A DNA stretch of 58,842 nt from an uncultured Oscillospiraceae bacterium (GTDB lineage: Bacteria > Bacillota > Clostridia > Oscillospirales > Oscillospiraceae), in assembly GCA_900763965.1 (NCBI GenBank), contig CAAFMG010000149.1:1-58842 (forward strand), in the 5' to 3' direction. Shown here in pieces: positions 29,128 through 39,636 of this stretch (within the stretch, counting starts at the first letter, position 1; the number at the start of each line of letters is the position of its first letter). A program made the translations under genes and the position numbers. The notes beneath the pieces are model-generated. The model searched no databases. It was given only the letters and a program-made list of their open reading frames with translations, and was not told the origin of the DNA.

Positions 29128-29826
29128 ATGGAGAAGAATGTTCACGGCGGCCATCGGCAGCGCCTGAAGGATCGGTTTTTGGAGGAGGGAATGGATGGCT
29201 TTACGGACATACAGGCCCTGGAGCTGCTGCTGTTTTACAGCGTTCCCCGGCAGGATACCAACCCCATTGCCCACAGACTCCTGGAATATTTTGGAAGCCT
29301 TTCCCAGGTGCTGGATGCGCCTGTGGAGGAATTGATGTGCGTCAGCGGCATCAAGGAACACAGTGCGGTGCTCCTGCATCTGATCAACGAAATGGGGCGG
29401 CGATACCTGACGGATCGCGCCCAGCAGGAGAAGGTGCTGCCGAGCATCGAAAGCTGTGCCCGATATTTACAGCCCCTGTTTTATGGACGAACCATTGAAA
29501 TGGTGTTTCTGCTGTGCCTGGATGCCAAGTGCAAGGTGATCTCCTGCAAGAAGATCGGAGAGGGCAATGTGAATTCCACAAGCATCTCTGTCCGGAAGGT
29601 GGTGGAGACTGCTCTGCGGGAGGGAGCTTCTGCGGTGGTGCTGGGTCACAACCATCCCAGCGGCATCGCAGTTCCCTCGCCGGAGGATATTGAGACCACA
29701 TTGCGGGTGGCAGAGGGCCTGAACAGTGTGGATATCCGGCTGGCAGATCACATTGTGGTGGCGGATGACGATTACGTTTCCATGGTACAGTCCAAGTATC
29801 TTCCGGACATTTATCCATTGCAATAG
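29128..29826 (+). CDS. radC: RadC family JAB-domain protein
   Basis: GHRQRLK, LELLL, HhH, HNHPSG...PSPED, DHIVV. Confidence 0.95.
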   Translation: MEKNVHGGHRQRLKDRFLEEGMDGFTDIQALELLLFYSVPRQDTNPIAHRLLEYFGSLSQVLDAPVEELMCVSGIKEHSAVLLHLINEMGRRYLTDRAQQEKVLPSIESCARYLQPLFYGRTIEMVFLLCLDAKCKVISCKKIGEGNVNSTSISVRKVVETALREGASAVVLGHNHPSGIAVPSPEDIETTLRVAEGLNSVDIRLADHIVVADDDYVSMVQSKYLPDIYPLQ

Positions 29827-29837
29827 GAGGAACGCCT

Positions 29838-31814
29838 ATGGATCATTTCAAACTGGTATCCCAGTACCGGCCCTCCGGCGATCAGCCCCAGGCCATTGAA
29901 GGACTGGTCAACGGTGTCAACTGGGGACTGCATGAGCAGACCCTGCTGGGTGTCACCGGCTCCGGTAAGACCTTTACCATGGCCTCGGTGATCGAAAAGC
30001 TGAACCGCCCCACACTGGTGCTGGCCCACAATAAAACGCTGGCCGCCCAGCTGTGCAGTGAGTTCCGGGAGTTTTTCCCGGACAATGCGGTGGAGTACTT
30101 TATTTCCTACTACGACTACTATCAGCCGGAGGCTTATATTGCCCACACCGATACCTACATTGAAAAGGATTCCTCCGTCAATGAGGAGATCGATCGGCTG
30201 CGTCACAGTGCCACCTCGGCGCTGTTTGAGCGGCGGGATGTGATCGTTGTCAGCTCTGTCAGCTGTCTGTACGGTCTGGGTGACCCCATCGACTATAAGA
30301 GCATGGTAATCTCCCTGCGGGTAGGCCAGAGCTATCCTCTGGATGATGTGCTGCGGAAGCTGGCGGAGATCCGCTATGAGCGAAATGACCTGGAGTTCTC
30401 CCGAAACAAGTTCCGCCTGCGGGGAGATACCCTGGAAATTTATCCCGCCTACTGGTCAGGAAGGGCCATCCGGGTGGAGTTCTTCGGAGACGAGATCGAC
30501 CGGATCAGTGAGATCAACGCCGTGTCCGGCATGGCAGAGCGGTATGTGGATCATGTGGCCATCTATCCTGCCAGCCACTATGTTGCCTCCAAGGAGAAGC
30601 TCCAGCGGGCCATGCGGGATATTCAGCGGGAGTGTGACGAGCAGGTGGCCTTCTTCCGGGCCAACAACAAGCTGCTGGAGGCCCAGCGCATCGCCCAGCG
30701 CACTGCCTATGACCTGGAAATGCTGACGGAGATCGGCTTTTGCAGCGGCATTGAAAACTACTCCCGGGTGATTCAGGGCCGGGCACCGGGAACGCCCCCT
30801 ACCACACTGCTGGATTACTTCCCCAAGGATTTTCTCATGTTTATCGACGAGAGCCATGTGACCTTGCCCCAGTGCCGGGCCATGTACGCCGGTGACCGCA
30901 GCCGAAAGGATGCCCTGGTGAACTATGGCTTCCGTCTGCCCTCGGCCTATGACAACCGGCCGCTGAACTTTACGGAGTTTGAAAGCAAGATCCATCAGGT
31001 GATCTATGTTTCCGCAACCCCGGCAGAGTATGAGCGCACCCGCTCCGGGCAGATCGTGGAGCAGGTGATCCGGCCTACCGGCCTGCTGGATCCGCTGGTG
31101 GAGGTGCGCCCCATCGAAGGCCAGATCGACGATCTCATTGGAGAGATCAACGCCAGAACCGCCCGGAACGAGCGCACCCTGGTGACCACTCTGACCAAGA
31201 AAATGGCAGAGGATCTTTCTGTGTATCTGACCAAGGCCGGAATCAAGGTGCGCTATATGCACTCGGATATCGGTGCCATGGAGCGCATGGAGATCATCCG
31301 GGATCTGCGAATGGCAAAATTTGACGTTCTGGTGGGCATCAACCTGCTTCGGGAGGGCTTGGATCTGCCGGAGGTGAGCTTGGTGGCCATTCTGGATGCG
31401 GACAAGGAGGGCTTCCTGCGCAGTGAGACCAGTCTGATCCAGACCATCGGCCGTGCTGCCAGAAATGCCGACGGTCGGGTCATCATGTACGCCGATCACA
31501 TCACCCCCTCCATGCGCCTGGCCATTGATGAAACAGAGCGCCGCCGGGAGATCCAGAATGCCTACAATGAGGCCCACGGAATCGTCCCCAAGACGGTCAT
31601 CAAATCCGTCCGGGATCTGATTGAGATTTCCTCTCCCACCGCCGAGCGGAAGAGCCGCACCGGGGTGAAGATGACCAGAGTGGAGAAGGAAAAGGAGATC
31701 GCCCGTCTGGAAAAGCAGATGAAGGAAGCTGCCAAGATGATGGAATACGAATACGCCGCTGTGCTGCGTGACCAGATCATTGAGCTGCGCGGTACCGGGG
31801 TGAAAGATAAGTAA
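29838..31814 (+). CDS. uvrB: Excinuclease ABC subunit B
   Basis: [33 protein letters not shown]-terminal UVR domain. Confidence 0.99.
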   Translation: MDHFKLVSQYRPSGDQPQAIEGLVNGVNWGLHEQTLLGVTGSGKTFTMASVIEKLNRPTLVLAHNKTLAAQLCSEFREFFPDNAVEYFISYYDYYQPEAYIAHTDTYIEKDSSVNEEIDRLRHSATSALFERRDVIVVSSVSCLYGLGDPIDYKSMVISLRVGQSYPLDDVLRKLAEIRYERNDLEFSRNKFRLRGDTLEIYPAYWSGRAIRVEFFGDEIDRISEINAVSGMAERYVDHVAIYPASHYVASKEKLQRAMRDIQRECDEQVAFFRANNKLLEAQRIAQRTAYDLEMLTEIGFCSGIENYSRVIQGRAPGTPPTTLLDYFPKDFLMFIDESHVTLPQCRAMYAGDRSRKDALVNYGFRLPSAYDNRPLNFTEFESKIHQVIYVSATPAEYERTRSGQIVEQVIRPTGLLDPLVEVRPIEGQIDDLIGEINARTARNERTLVTTLTKKMAEDLSVYLTKAGIKVRYMHSDIGAMERMEIIRDLRMAKFDVLVGINLLREGLDLPEVSLVAILDADKEGFLRSETSLIQTIGRAARNADGRVIMYADHITPSMRLAIDETERRREIQNAYNEAHGIVPKTVIKSVRDLIEISSPTAERKSRTGVKMTRVEKEKEIARLEKQMKEAAKMMEYEYAAVLRDQIIELRGTGVKDK

Positions 31815-31826
31815 GGAGAGATCAAC

Positions 31827-33074
31827 ATGAACGCAACCTACTATACCAACAATCGCCGCCGTTTCTATGAGAAAATGAAGCCGGCTTCTCTGGCGGTGCT
31901 GTTTTCCGGTCAGGAGATCCGCAAGTCTGCGGATGATTTCTATCCTTTCTTTGCCGAGCGGAACTTCGTATACCTGACGGGTCTGAGCTGCAAGGAAGCG
32001 GTTTTCCTGGCGGTGAAGGATGGACAAGGGGCAGTCTCCGAACGGCTGTACCTGCTGCCTCCGGATGCCATGGCAGAGCGCTGGACCGGCAGACGGGTGA
32101 AGCCTGCTGAGGCAGAGCAGATCTCCGGGATCCGGGATGTGCGGTTCCTGGATGCCTTTGAAGGAGAGCTGCAAAAGCTCCTGGAAAGCGGCAACTATGG
32201 GACCTGCTACCTGGATCTGTTCCGCACCGCTCCCCAGGACATTGCCCGCCCGGCGCATTACCTGGCCCAGCAGCTGAAGGCCCGGTGGCCGGAACTGGAG
32301 ATCCCCGATGCCTGCGCCATCTTGCGGTGCCTGCGCACCATCAAGAGCCCGGAGGAGATCCAGGCCCTGCGGGAAGCTGAGAAAAAGACCAAGGCCGGTA
32401 TCCTGGCCATGATGCAGGCTTCCAAGCCCGGTATGTATGAATACCAGTACAAGGCAGAGTTTGACAGAGCCCTGGGGCAGTTCGGCCCGGAAGGCCCCGG
32501 CTTCCCCTCCATCATTTCCGCCGGTGCCAACAACTTCTGCATCCACTACTACGGCTACACCGGTCAGGCCCAGGACGGGGATATGATCCTCAACGATGTG
32601 GGTGCGCAGCATAACAATATGATCACCGATGTGTCCCGGGGCTGGCCCTGCAACGGCAAATTCTCGGAGCGGCAGAAGCTGCTCTATGAGTGCGCTCTGG
32701 CCACCTCGAACGATATGTTCTCCATTATCAAGCCGGGAATGCCCATGGCGGATGTGGATGCCACCATCAAGCGGTACAATTTTGAGCGGCTGAAGGATGC
32801 CGGTGTGCTGAAATCCTTTGACGAGATCGGCACGCTGATGTGGCACGGCGGCAGCCATCACATTGGATATGATGTACACGATGTGGTGCAGCGGCCGGAG
32901 ATTCTGGCACCCAACATGGCCTTCTGCGTGGATGTGGGCATCTACCACGAGCAGTGGGGCATCGGCTTCCGGCTGGAGGACAACTGCCTGGTCACGGAAA
33001 CCGGTTGCGAGAACCTGTCCCGGGACATTCCCCGGACGGTGGCGGATCTGGAAGCCGTTATGGTAAAACGGTAA
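31827..33074 (+). CDS. Xaa-Pro aminopeptidase (M24B)
   Basis: AMP_N domain (NFVYLTGL); DVGA, TDVSR, HHIGYDVHD, GFRLED. Confidence 0.9.
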   Translation: MNATYYTNNRRRFYEKMKPASLAVLFSGQEIRKSADDFYPFFAERNFVYLTGLSCKEAVFLAVKDGQGAVSERLYLLPPDAMAERWTGRRVKPAEAEQISGIRDVRFLDAFEGELQKLLESGNYGTCYLDLFRTAPQDIARPAHYLAQQLKARWPELEIPDACAILRCLRTIKSPEEIQALREAEKKTKAGILAMMQASKPGMYEYQYKAEFDRALGQFGPEGPGFPSIISAGANNFCIHYYGYTGQAQDGDMILNDVGAQHNNMITDVSRGWPCNGKFSERQKLLYECALATSNDMFSIIKPGMPMADVDATIKRYNFERLKDAGVLKSFDEIGTLMWHGGSHHIGYDVHDVVQRPEILAPNMAFCVDVGIYHEQWGIGFRLEDNCLVTETGCENLSRDIPRTVADLEAVMVKR

Positions 33075-33140
33075 TTGGGCGGATCCCGGGACGTTAAACT
33101 GCATAACATAAAATAAAATCGAAAAAAATCAAAAAAGGGC

Positions 33141-33169
33141 TTGACGAATGGATCAATCCATGCTATAAT
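33141..33169 (+). promoter_or_regulatory. tRNA promoter
   Basis: TTGACG-N17-TATAAT with A-tract UP element. Confidence 0.75.
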
Positions 33170-33181
33170 CCATCGTGTTCT

Positions 33182-33258
33182 GGCCCTGTGGTGCAGTCGG
33201 TTAGCACGCCAGCCTGTCACGCTGGAGGTCGACGGTTCGAGTCCGTTCGGGGTCGCCA
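33182..33258 (+). tRNA. tRNA-Asp (GTC)
   Basis: Cloverleaf; anticodon arm CCAGC-CTGTCAC-GCTGG; GGTTCGAGTCC; encoded CCA. Confidence 0.97.
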
Positions 33259-33261
33259 AAC

Positions 33262-33292
33262 AAAAACGCCATCCAAACGGATGGCGTTTTTT
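33262..33292 (+). terminator. tRNA-Asp terminator
   Basis: AAAAACGCCATCC-aaac-GGATGGCGTTTTT. Confidence 0.85.
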
Positions 33293-33468
33293 GCATATCC
33301 TGGGAAAAATCCACGATTTGGGGGAAAATCACAGGTATTTGCAGAAGGAAAACTTTGCAATTATCTGAGATCGAAAGCCCTAATCCTCAGGGGAGATATC
33401 AGACAGCACCACAAAATTGCATCCTTAAACACCAGCAAAATGATCGTTGGAACATAGGGGGTTCATCC

Positions 33469-35121
33469 ATGAAAAAGCATTCCATGCCGGTGCGCATTGC
33501 GGCACTTTTGTGCGCCGTGTGCCTGCTGCTGACCGGCTGCGGCAAAACGACAGTGCCGGACGATCCCGGCGAACCCAGCAATCCTGCGCCGACGGCAGAG
33601 CCAATCGCAGAGGAAACGCAGGAAAATCCCACAGCAGCACCCGCTGAGGGGAAAACATCCGCAGCAACACAATTCGACACCCTTCCGGCAGATGTGGCGT
33701 TGCCTGAGGGCAGCGGAGTGTATAAGGTTCTGGATGCGTGCCCGGAGGAGTTCACCCGGCGGGAGCTGTCAGACGAAGAAATCCGCGGGATTGCCCGGAA
33801 GGATCTGGAGACGGCGCGGGAACGTATTTCCACCGGTGGAGACTTTGCGGCGTGGCTGATCGCACTAGGCGGCCAGATTTATTCTAACGTTGCCTGTGAT
33901 GAGAACGGACAAAGAATCGTTGGGGCAGATTTTGCCTATGATTGGGTTCGTGAAATGCTCACGTCCACCTTTGCTGCATCTCTGGCAGTACGCGTTCTTG
34001 GGGATGATCTGCCGGGGATTGGTGTTATTGCTGCCCGGGTGGCGGAAAACGACGGTACCTTTCTCTGCGGCAATCTGATTCCCGCAGAGGAAGGTTACTA
34101 TCTCATATCCTTCGATGCCCTGACGGACGAATGGAAAGCGATTGTTGAAGAGAATCGGATCATTCCGGAGGCGTTTCTCCCGATTTGGGTGGACGGGTTT
34201 GCGGGCATCACTGCGTGGTGTCAGAGCGCAGACAACCCCCGCGGCAGCACGCTGACGCAGGCATTCTATATTCCGGGGGATCAAAAGGTCGTGCTGGACT
34301 ATAAGGATGAGATTTATACTCCGTGGACCCCTTGGGGGATTCAGGAATTCTTCCGGGACGAGACGCTGGCGGCGAGCCTAGCCGAACAGAGGTATGCGCA
34401 CATCAAGCCGGAAAACATCGGAAACTATGAACTCTCCGCAAAGCTCGGCGGCACCACGCTGACGTCGGAGGAGGCCTACGCCCTGTTGGATATGGAACCG
34501 GAGCAGGTGAAGGCGCGGGTGAAAACCGCAGCTGACGTGCTGATGCTCATGCTGGCCGGACAGTATGGAGACAGCCAAGGCGACATGGTGAAAGTGATTA
34601 ATGGGCGGGAATGGCACTACAACATGAACGCTTTCCAGGTGATGCAGACCCGCACGACCAACTGCGGCTCCGCCGCAAACCTGGCCAACTACCTGCTGGA
34701 GGGCGACTATGAGGAGATTGGATTCATTCTTCATGCATATAAAATCGGGGAAGGCGGCGGCCACGTCTACAACTACTTCAAGTATCAGGGAAAGTACTAC
34801 ATCGTGGACTTCAGCTGGTACATGTTCGCAAATTACCAGCCGGATAACGACTTTCCTGTAATGGAGCTGGATCGGCTGGAGGACTACGGCGACCGCATCC
34901 CGGAATTATACGACGGCGTGTGTATGGCGCTCGCCCATACCTCTCCCGGACAGCATTATCCCAATGTATATGACGACCGGAACGCCGCATACGCCATTCC
35001 GAAGGGCGTGGAGTATCAGCTGCTCCATCAGGAGACTGGCAATAACTGCTTTATCCTGACAGAGTATCCGCTGGACAGATCACAGTTGGACTGGACGACC
35101 TTCGGGGAGCATTGTAGGTAA
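33469..35121 (+). CDS. Lipoprotein with duplicated transglutaminase/papain-like domain
   Basis: Lipobox LLTGC, P/T/E linker; TNCGSAA...GHVYNYFKYQGKYYIVD (C-H-D). Confidence 0.75.
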   Translation: MKKHSMPVRIAALLCAVCLLLTGCGKTTVPDDPGEPSNPAPTAEPIAEETQENPTAAPAEGKTSAATQFDTLPADVALPEGSGVYKVLDACPEEFTRRELSDEEIRGIARKDLETARERISTGGDFAAWLIALGGQIYSNVACDENGQRIVGADFAYDWVREMLTSTFAASLAVRVLGDDLPGIGVIAARVAENDGTFLCGNLIPAEEGYYLISFDALTDEWKAIVEENRIIPEAFLPIWVDGFAGITAWCQSADNPRGSTLTQAFYIPGDQKVVLDYKDEIYTPWTPWGIQEFFRDETLAASLAEQRYAHIKPENIGNYELSAKLGGTTLTSEEAYALLDMEPEQVKARVKTAADVLMLMLAGQYGDSQGDMVKVINGREWHYNMNAFQVMQTRTTNCGSAANLANYLLEGDYEEIGFILHAYKIGEGGGHVYNYFKYQGKYYIVDFSWYMFANYQPDNDFPVMELDRLEDYGDRIPELYDGVCMALAHTSPGQHYPNVYDDRNAAYAIPKGVEYQLLHQETGNNCFILTEYPLDRSQLDWTTFGEHCR

Positions 35122-35296
35122 CAAGACTGCTGTATTTATCAGCCACAGTCTGTCTTCCTGCAAAATCTGTGATGAAATTGCTGTGTTTCACAAGGGACGT
35201 CTGGTTCAGCTTGGCAGCCATGATCAATTGGTTGCTGAGAGAAATGGAAAATATTATGAACTCTGGAATGCCCAGGCGCAGTATTACACGGAGTCT
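35111..35296 (+). pseudogene. 3' fragment of an ABC transporter ATPase (exporter type)
   Basis: IVGNKTAVFISHSLSSCKICDEIAVFHKGRLVQLGSHDQL..NGKYYELWNAQAQYY (H-loop to C-terminus only). Confidence 0.85.
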
Positions 35297-35510
35297 GCAT
35301 TGGGAAGCAATGAAACGAATCCTGCCCGCCTGTGGCTGTGTTTCCCTTGGCAAAAGGATACGGGATATGTGACAATTTTAAGGCGCAGCAGTGAACAACC
35401 GCAAACTAAAGTAGAAACCGCTATCCGGATTCTCATGTGATGCTGACTTTTCAAAAAGGGAAAGCAGGCAAAACGATCCGTCTCCATAAGATCCCTCAAT
35501 ACCATAGACA

Positions 35511-35548
35511 AAAAGCTCCTGACTGCAACGAAGCAATCAGGAGCTTTT
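35511..35548. terminator. Bidirectional terminator
   Basis: AAAAGCTCCTGA..TCAGGAGCTTTT. Confidence 0.75.
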
Positions 35549-35551
35549 CCA

Positions 35552-37672
35552 TTACAATAATCCGGCTTCCCGGTGCTGGCAGGTAAAGAGGATCACCTGC
35601 TTTTGCTGGGCTTCCTGTTTGAGAATTTCCAGAGTTTGGGCCAGGCGGGTGTCATCGAAGCGGACCAGGGCATCGTCCAGAACCAGGGGGGCATCGGGGA
35701 TCAGGGCTTCTGCCACGGCCAGACGCAGGGCGACATACAGCTGATCCGCTGTGCCGTCACTGCGCCACAGGGTTTCCCGAAGGGTATCCTCTCCATCGGC
35801 GGCGGCCAGAAGGGAGAGATCCTGGTTGAAGGTGAGCCGGTCGTATCGTCCGCCGGTCATCTGCTCCAGCAGTTCTCTGGCCCGCTGGGTGATCTGGGGA
35901 GCGAATCGGCGCTGCAGGGTCTGCTTTGCCTGATCCAGAGTGTCCAGAGCCAGCACGGTGGCGGCATAAATATCTTCCAGCTTGGCGATCCGCTGCTGGG
36001 TGGCGGTCAGCTGAGCTTGCAGAGTCTGGCGGTCGCCCAAGGCATCCATTTGCCCGGCATACTGGCTCAGGCGGTTTTGCAGCCGCTGCTGTTCTGCCTG
36101 GGACTGAGAGATGAGATTCACCGTCTCCGGAAGGGACTGGGACAGCAGATCCTCCCCGGTGGGCTTAGCTGGTGTGGGCTTTGCCATGGCGGTGAGATTC
36201 TTCAGGTATTGCTCAGCCAGGTTCAGCTCTTGCAGGGCGGTCTGCCGGGCCTGCCAGTTTTTGTTCATATCCTGCCAAATCTGGGAAACCTGCTGGGGAT
36301 CCCGGTCACCGAACAGGGCCTCCCGCTGCTGCACCAGCCGATCGCGGCGGCTGTCCAGATCTCCCAGGCTGGCATGATATCCATCCAAAGCAGCCTGATA
36401 GGCAGTTTGCTGCCGTTCAAAATCCCGGGCCATCTGCTGCCAGGTTTCCGGTGAGGCAGCACCATATTTTTCTTCCAGATCCTTGGCTTTTCGGCGGTTA
36501 CTGGATCCTTTGCATATCCGCAGCACCACAAGAAGCACAGCCAGGATCCCGGAAACCAACGCCAGGGGATACACCTGTTTGAAAGCGGCAAAGAGGCACA
36601 GAAGCCCAAGGGCGGCAATGAGAAGAAGGGGCAGGGGAGAACGTTTTGTCAGGGCCTCATACTGCCCGGCATCCTGGGCTGCCATCTCCAAGGCCTGGGC
36701 GGGGGACTGATTTGCAAACACAGCAGGGGAGGGGGGCGGCACAGGGCGGCTTCCGGCTTTTTCCATAGCCGCCTGGTACTGGGCCTGTTCCCGGCGGTAG
36801 TCCTCCATGGCTTGCAGCCGCTGGGCCACATCGGCCTGACAGGGCTGCTTGGCACAGAGGGCCTCCAGATGGGAAAGAGCCTGGGCCTTCTGCTCCCGGT
36901 GGGCTTTGGCCTGGGCCACCCGCTGGGCATCCTGTTGGGCGGCTGCATAGAGAAGGGAAACGCGGTGGTTTTCCAGGGCTTGCATCCAGCTGATTTCCTC
37001 TGCCAGCCGCTGCCGCAGGTTTTGGGACTGGGTCTGTATGGTATCCAGCTGCACCAGCTTTTCTTCCAGAGCCTGCTTCTGACTCTCTGCCTGGGGCAGC
37101 AGACCGGTGCGCTTATTGTAGCGGCACTTGTTTTTCAAATCCTTTAAGGCAGTTTCCAGACGGTCGCCGTCTCCGGTTTCGTCTCCGGTGGTCACCAGGG
37201 CGTTGAGGCGGCGGCGCAGGGCATCGTCCTGGGTCACAGGCATATCCGATTGCCGCAGAAAGCCTGTCCGGCGGTATACGCTCTGCTCCACACCCAACAG
37301 GGTCTGGCCGCAGTTGTCGGCGGTCAGCTCCGGAATGGCAAGGCCGGTTTGTGTTTCGTAAGCCCGGAATACGCCCAGAGGGGTGCGGCCTGTGGTGCTG
37401 CGTTCAATGGTGATATCCCGCCCCTGCCAGTTCAGGTCGATGCGTCCGGCCATGGGACTGCCGGACCAGGGAGTGTAACGCAGCTTGTCCGCCAGGGCGG
37501 TTTTGGTGGATTTGGCCCGGGTGCCCAGGCCGTAGAGCATGGCAAGCAGAAAGGCGCACCAGGTGGTTTTTCCCCACTCGTTGGGAGCCTCCAGCACATT
37601 CAGCCCCGGCTCCAAAGTCAGGGTGTCGTGCTCCAGCTTGCCAAAGGTCGCAGTCATCCGATAGATCCTCAC
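35552..37672 (-). CDS. YhaN/SbcC-like SMC-type ATPase with central hydrophobic hairpin
   Basis: Walker A APNEWGKTT, long coiled coil, signature variant RSDGTADQ, Walker B LVLDD, LFTC. Confidence 0.88.
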   Translation of the reverse strand: MRIYRMTATFGKLEHDTLTLEPGLNVLEAPNEWGKTTWCAFLLAMLYGLGTRAKSTKTALADKLRYTPWSGSPMAGRIDLNWQGRDITIERSTTGRTPLGVFRAYETQTGLAIPELTADNCGQTLLGVEQSVYRRTGFLRQSDMPVTQDDALRRRLNALVTTGDETGDGDRLETALKDLKNKCRYNKRTGLLPQAESQKQALEEKLVQLDTIQTQSQNLRQRLAEEISWMQALENHRVSLLYAAAQQDAQRVAQAKAHREQKAQALSHLEALCAKQPCQADVAQRLQAMEDYRREQAQYQAAMEKAGSRPVPPPSPAVFANQSPAQALEMAAQDAGQYEALTKRSPLPLLLIAALGLLCLFAAFKQVYPLALVSGILAVLLVVLRICKGSSNRRKAKDLEEKYGAASPETWQQMARDFERQQTAYQAALDGYHASLGDLDSRRDRLVQQREALFGDRDPQQVSQIWQDMNKNWQARQTALQELNLAEQYLKNLTAMAKPTPAKPTGEDLLSQSLPETVNLISQSQAEQQRLQNRLSQYAGQMDALGDRQTLQAQLTATQQRIAKLEDIYAATVLALDTLDQAKQTLQRRFAPQITQRARELLEQMTGGRYDRLTFNQDLSLLAAADGEDTLRETLWRSDGTADQLYVALRLAVAEALIPDAPLVLDDALVRFDDTRLAQTLEILKQEAQQKQVILFTCQHREAGLL

Positions 37673-38718
37673 GGCAGCTTGACCTCCCTTCCTGCCAGAA
37701 TTTTCTGGGAGATTTTGGCAGCCAGCAGGGCAGAAGGATCTCCGCTTTCCTTTAGTCGTTGAAAATAGGTGCCCCGGAGGGTATCATCTCCGGCTTCTGC
37801 CCAGGGATCCACCTCCGGCTCGGTGCGATCCCGGAAGATCCGGTTTGGCAGCCGGGCATAGCGGGCATCCAATGCCTGCACATCCCCGTTCCACTGCCCG
37901 GTCAGGGTGATGCGGAAGAAGTCGTCGCTCCCGCCAGCCGGGAGCATGGCATCCAGCACCTCCTCGACCCCGTCAGAGACATCCGCTTCCAGGTCATAAA
38001 AACGGGGACCGTCCAGGGGGACAAAGCGCAGCTCCTGGGTTTGGGCCAGGTCAGCGATCCAGACCCCTTTTTCTCCCGTCTCGTCCCAGCCACGGCCCAT
38101 GGGACAGCCGGGCCAGGCACAGAGGGTGGGGCCGCATTGCAGGGCATCTGCGCTGTGGATGTGCCCCAGGGCAAGATAGCTTAGCCCGGAGGCGCGGATC
38201 TGGGCGGCGGAAATGGGACAGTAGGGGGAGCCTGCCGTCACCGGATCGCCGTGGAGAAGGGCAATTTGCCAGGCTTCGCTGCCCGCTGCCTGAAAGCCCT
38301 CCAGCAGTGCAGGGCAGTCCATGCTCTGATATCCGGCACCATAGATCCGGCAGTCAAGGGCGGGGAGGGCGACAGACTCCAGCCCGCCCCGGAACACGGT
38401 GACATTGTCCGGCCACCGTTCTTCCACCCAGGGACAGCCAACGCCGCAGAAATCGTGGTTTCCCGGAGAGACGAACACCGGCACGGCGCAGTCTGCCAGG
38501 GCATTGCGGACACAGTCCACCGCCTCCCGGGAGGGAATGCCGTCAAAGATATCTCCTGCCAGCAGCACCAGGTCACACTGCTCCCGGCGGCAGATTTCAG
38601 CAATCTTCTCCGGGAGTGCCAGCTGCTGGCGGCGCAGGAAGCTGCGCTGCGCCTCGGAAAAGGAGACAAAGGGGGCATCCATGTGCCAGTCGGCGGTGTG
38701 CAGAATTCTCAATCCCAT
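37669..38718 (-). CDS. YhaO/SbcD (Mre11)-like metallophosphoesterase, DNA repair exonuclease
   Basis: HTADWH, AGDIFD, PGNHD, LHG, ALGHIH. Confidence 0.92.
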   Translation of the reverse strand: MGLRILHTADWHMDAPFVSFSEAQRSFLRRQQLALPEKIAEICRREQCDLVLLAGDIFDGIPSREAVDCVRNALADCAVPVFVSPGNHDFCGVGCPWVEERWPDNVTVFRGGLESVALPALDCRIYGAGYQSMDCPALLEGFQAAGSEAWQIALLHGDPVTAGSPYCPISAAQIRASGLSYLALGHIHSADALQCGPTLCAWPGCPMGRGWDETGEKGVWIADLAQTQELRFVPLDGPRFYDLEADVSDGVEEVLDAMLPAGGSDDFFRITLTGQWNGDVQALDARYARLPNRIFRDRTEPEVDPWAEAGDDTLRGTYFQRLKESGDPSALLAAKISQKILAGREVKLP

Positions 38719-39485
38719 TCGTCGATCCTTTCTGCCTTCAGGCACTTTCCGGTGGCGCTGTCAAGGGTGAACAGAACGCCTTCCAGCTTGGTGGGGCCAT
38801 CTGCCCAACGGTAGCGCTCTGGCAGATCTCCCCGGAATTTGGCAATGCTCAGATCCGGGCGGATGCCCAGAATGGAGTCCCGGGGGCCGGTCATGCCCAG
38901 ATCCGTCACATAGCCGGTGCCCTTGGGCAGAACACGGGCATCTGCGGTGGGAACGTGGGTGTGGGTTCCCCAAACGGCACTGACACGGCCATCCAGCATA
39001 TACCCCATGGCCAGCTTTTCGGAGGTTGCCTCGGCGTGAATTTCCACCAGAATGATCTTGGCGGTGGCCTCTTTCAGAATCTTTTCCACCATGAGGAAGG
39101 GGTTATCCGGGGTGTAGTCCATGCTGCACCGGCCAATCAGGTCGATCACGGCCACATCTCCGGCCTTGGTTTCAAACACCTGCCAGCCCCGGCCGGGCAC
39201 CTGGGGGGCATAGTTTGCCGGACGGATGATCTGGGGACAGTCGTCCATATAGTCGGCAATCTCCCGCTTGGCCCAGGTGTGATTGCCCAGGGTGATGCAG
39301 TCTGCCCCGGCATCCAGAATTTCCTCAGCCTGGCTGGGGGTGATGCCCACCACGGCGGCATTTTCTCCGTTGACCACCACAAAATCCGCACCCAGCCGCC
39401 GTTTGAGCTGCCGCAGATTCCTGCGGAGCTTTTCTAAGCCCGGGCTTGCCACCACATCACCGATAGCCAATACCTTAAATTCCAT
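38709..39485 (-). CDS. ymdB: TIGR00282/YmdB family phosphodiesterase
   Basis: IGDVV, VNGENAA, TLGNH, HAEATSEK, GTHTHV, TDLGMTGP. Confidence 0.93.
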   Translation of the reverse strand: MEFKVLAIGDVVASPGLEKLRRNLRQLKRRLGADFVVVNGENAAVVGITPSQAEEILDAGADCITLGNHTWAKREIADYMDDCPQIIRPANYAPQVPGRGWQVFETKAGDVAVIDLIGRCSMDYTPDNPFLMVEKILKEATAKIILVEIHAEATSEKLAMGYMLDGRVSAVWGTHTHVPTADARVLPKGTGYVTDLGMTGPRDSILGIRPDLSIAKFRGDLPERYRWADGPTKLEGVLFTLDSATGKCLKAERIDEWD

Positions 39486-39585
39486 CACGCTACCTCCCAA
39501 AGGTCGTTTTCCGTTATTATATTACAGACTTCCCACTTTCGCAAGCCTTACACCTGAGATAGACTTGCGGAAAATGGCAGAAAAA

Positions 39586-39621
39586 ACCATCCGCCGGCCG
39601 TTTGCGGGCCGGCGGATGGGA
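39586..39621 (-). terminator. Terminator of the AraC gene
   Basis: CCATCCGCCGGCC...GGCCGGCGGATGG preceded by an A-run on the + strand. Confidence 0.7.
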
Positions 39622-39636
39622 TTGTCTTAAAAAGGG

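Noticed and set aside
29128..29826. radC as a mobile-element anti-restriction gene
   Set aside because: Full-length chromosomal type with an HhH N-terminus, in an operon with uvrB.
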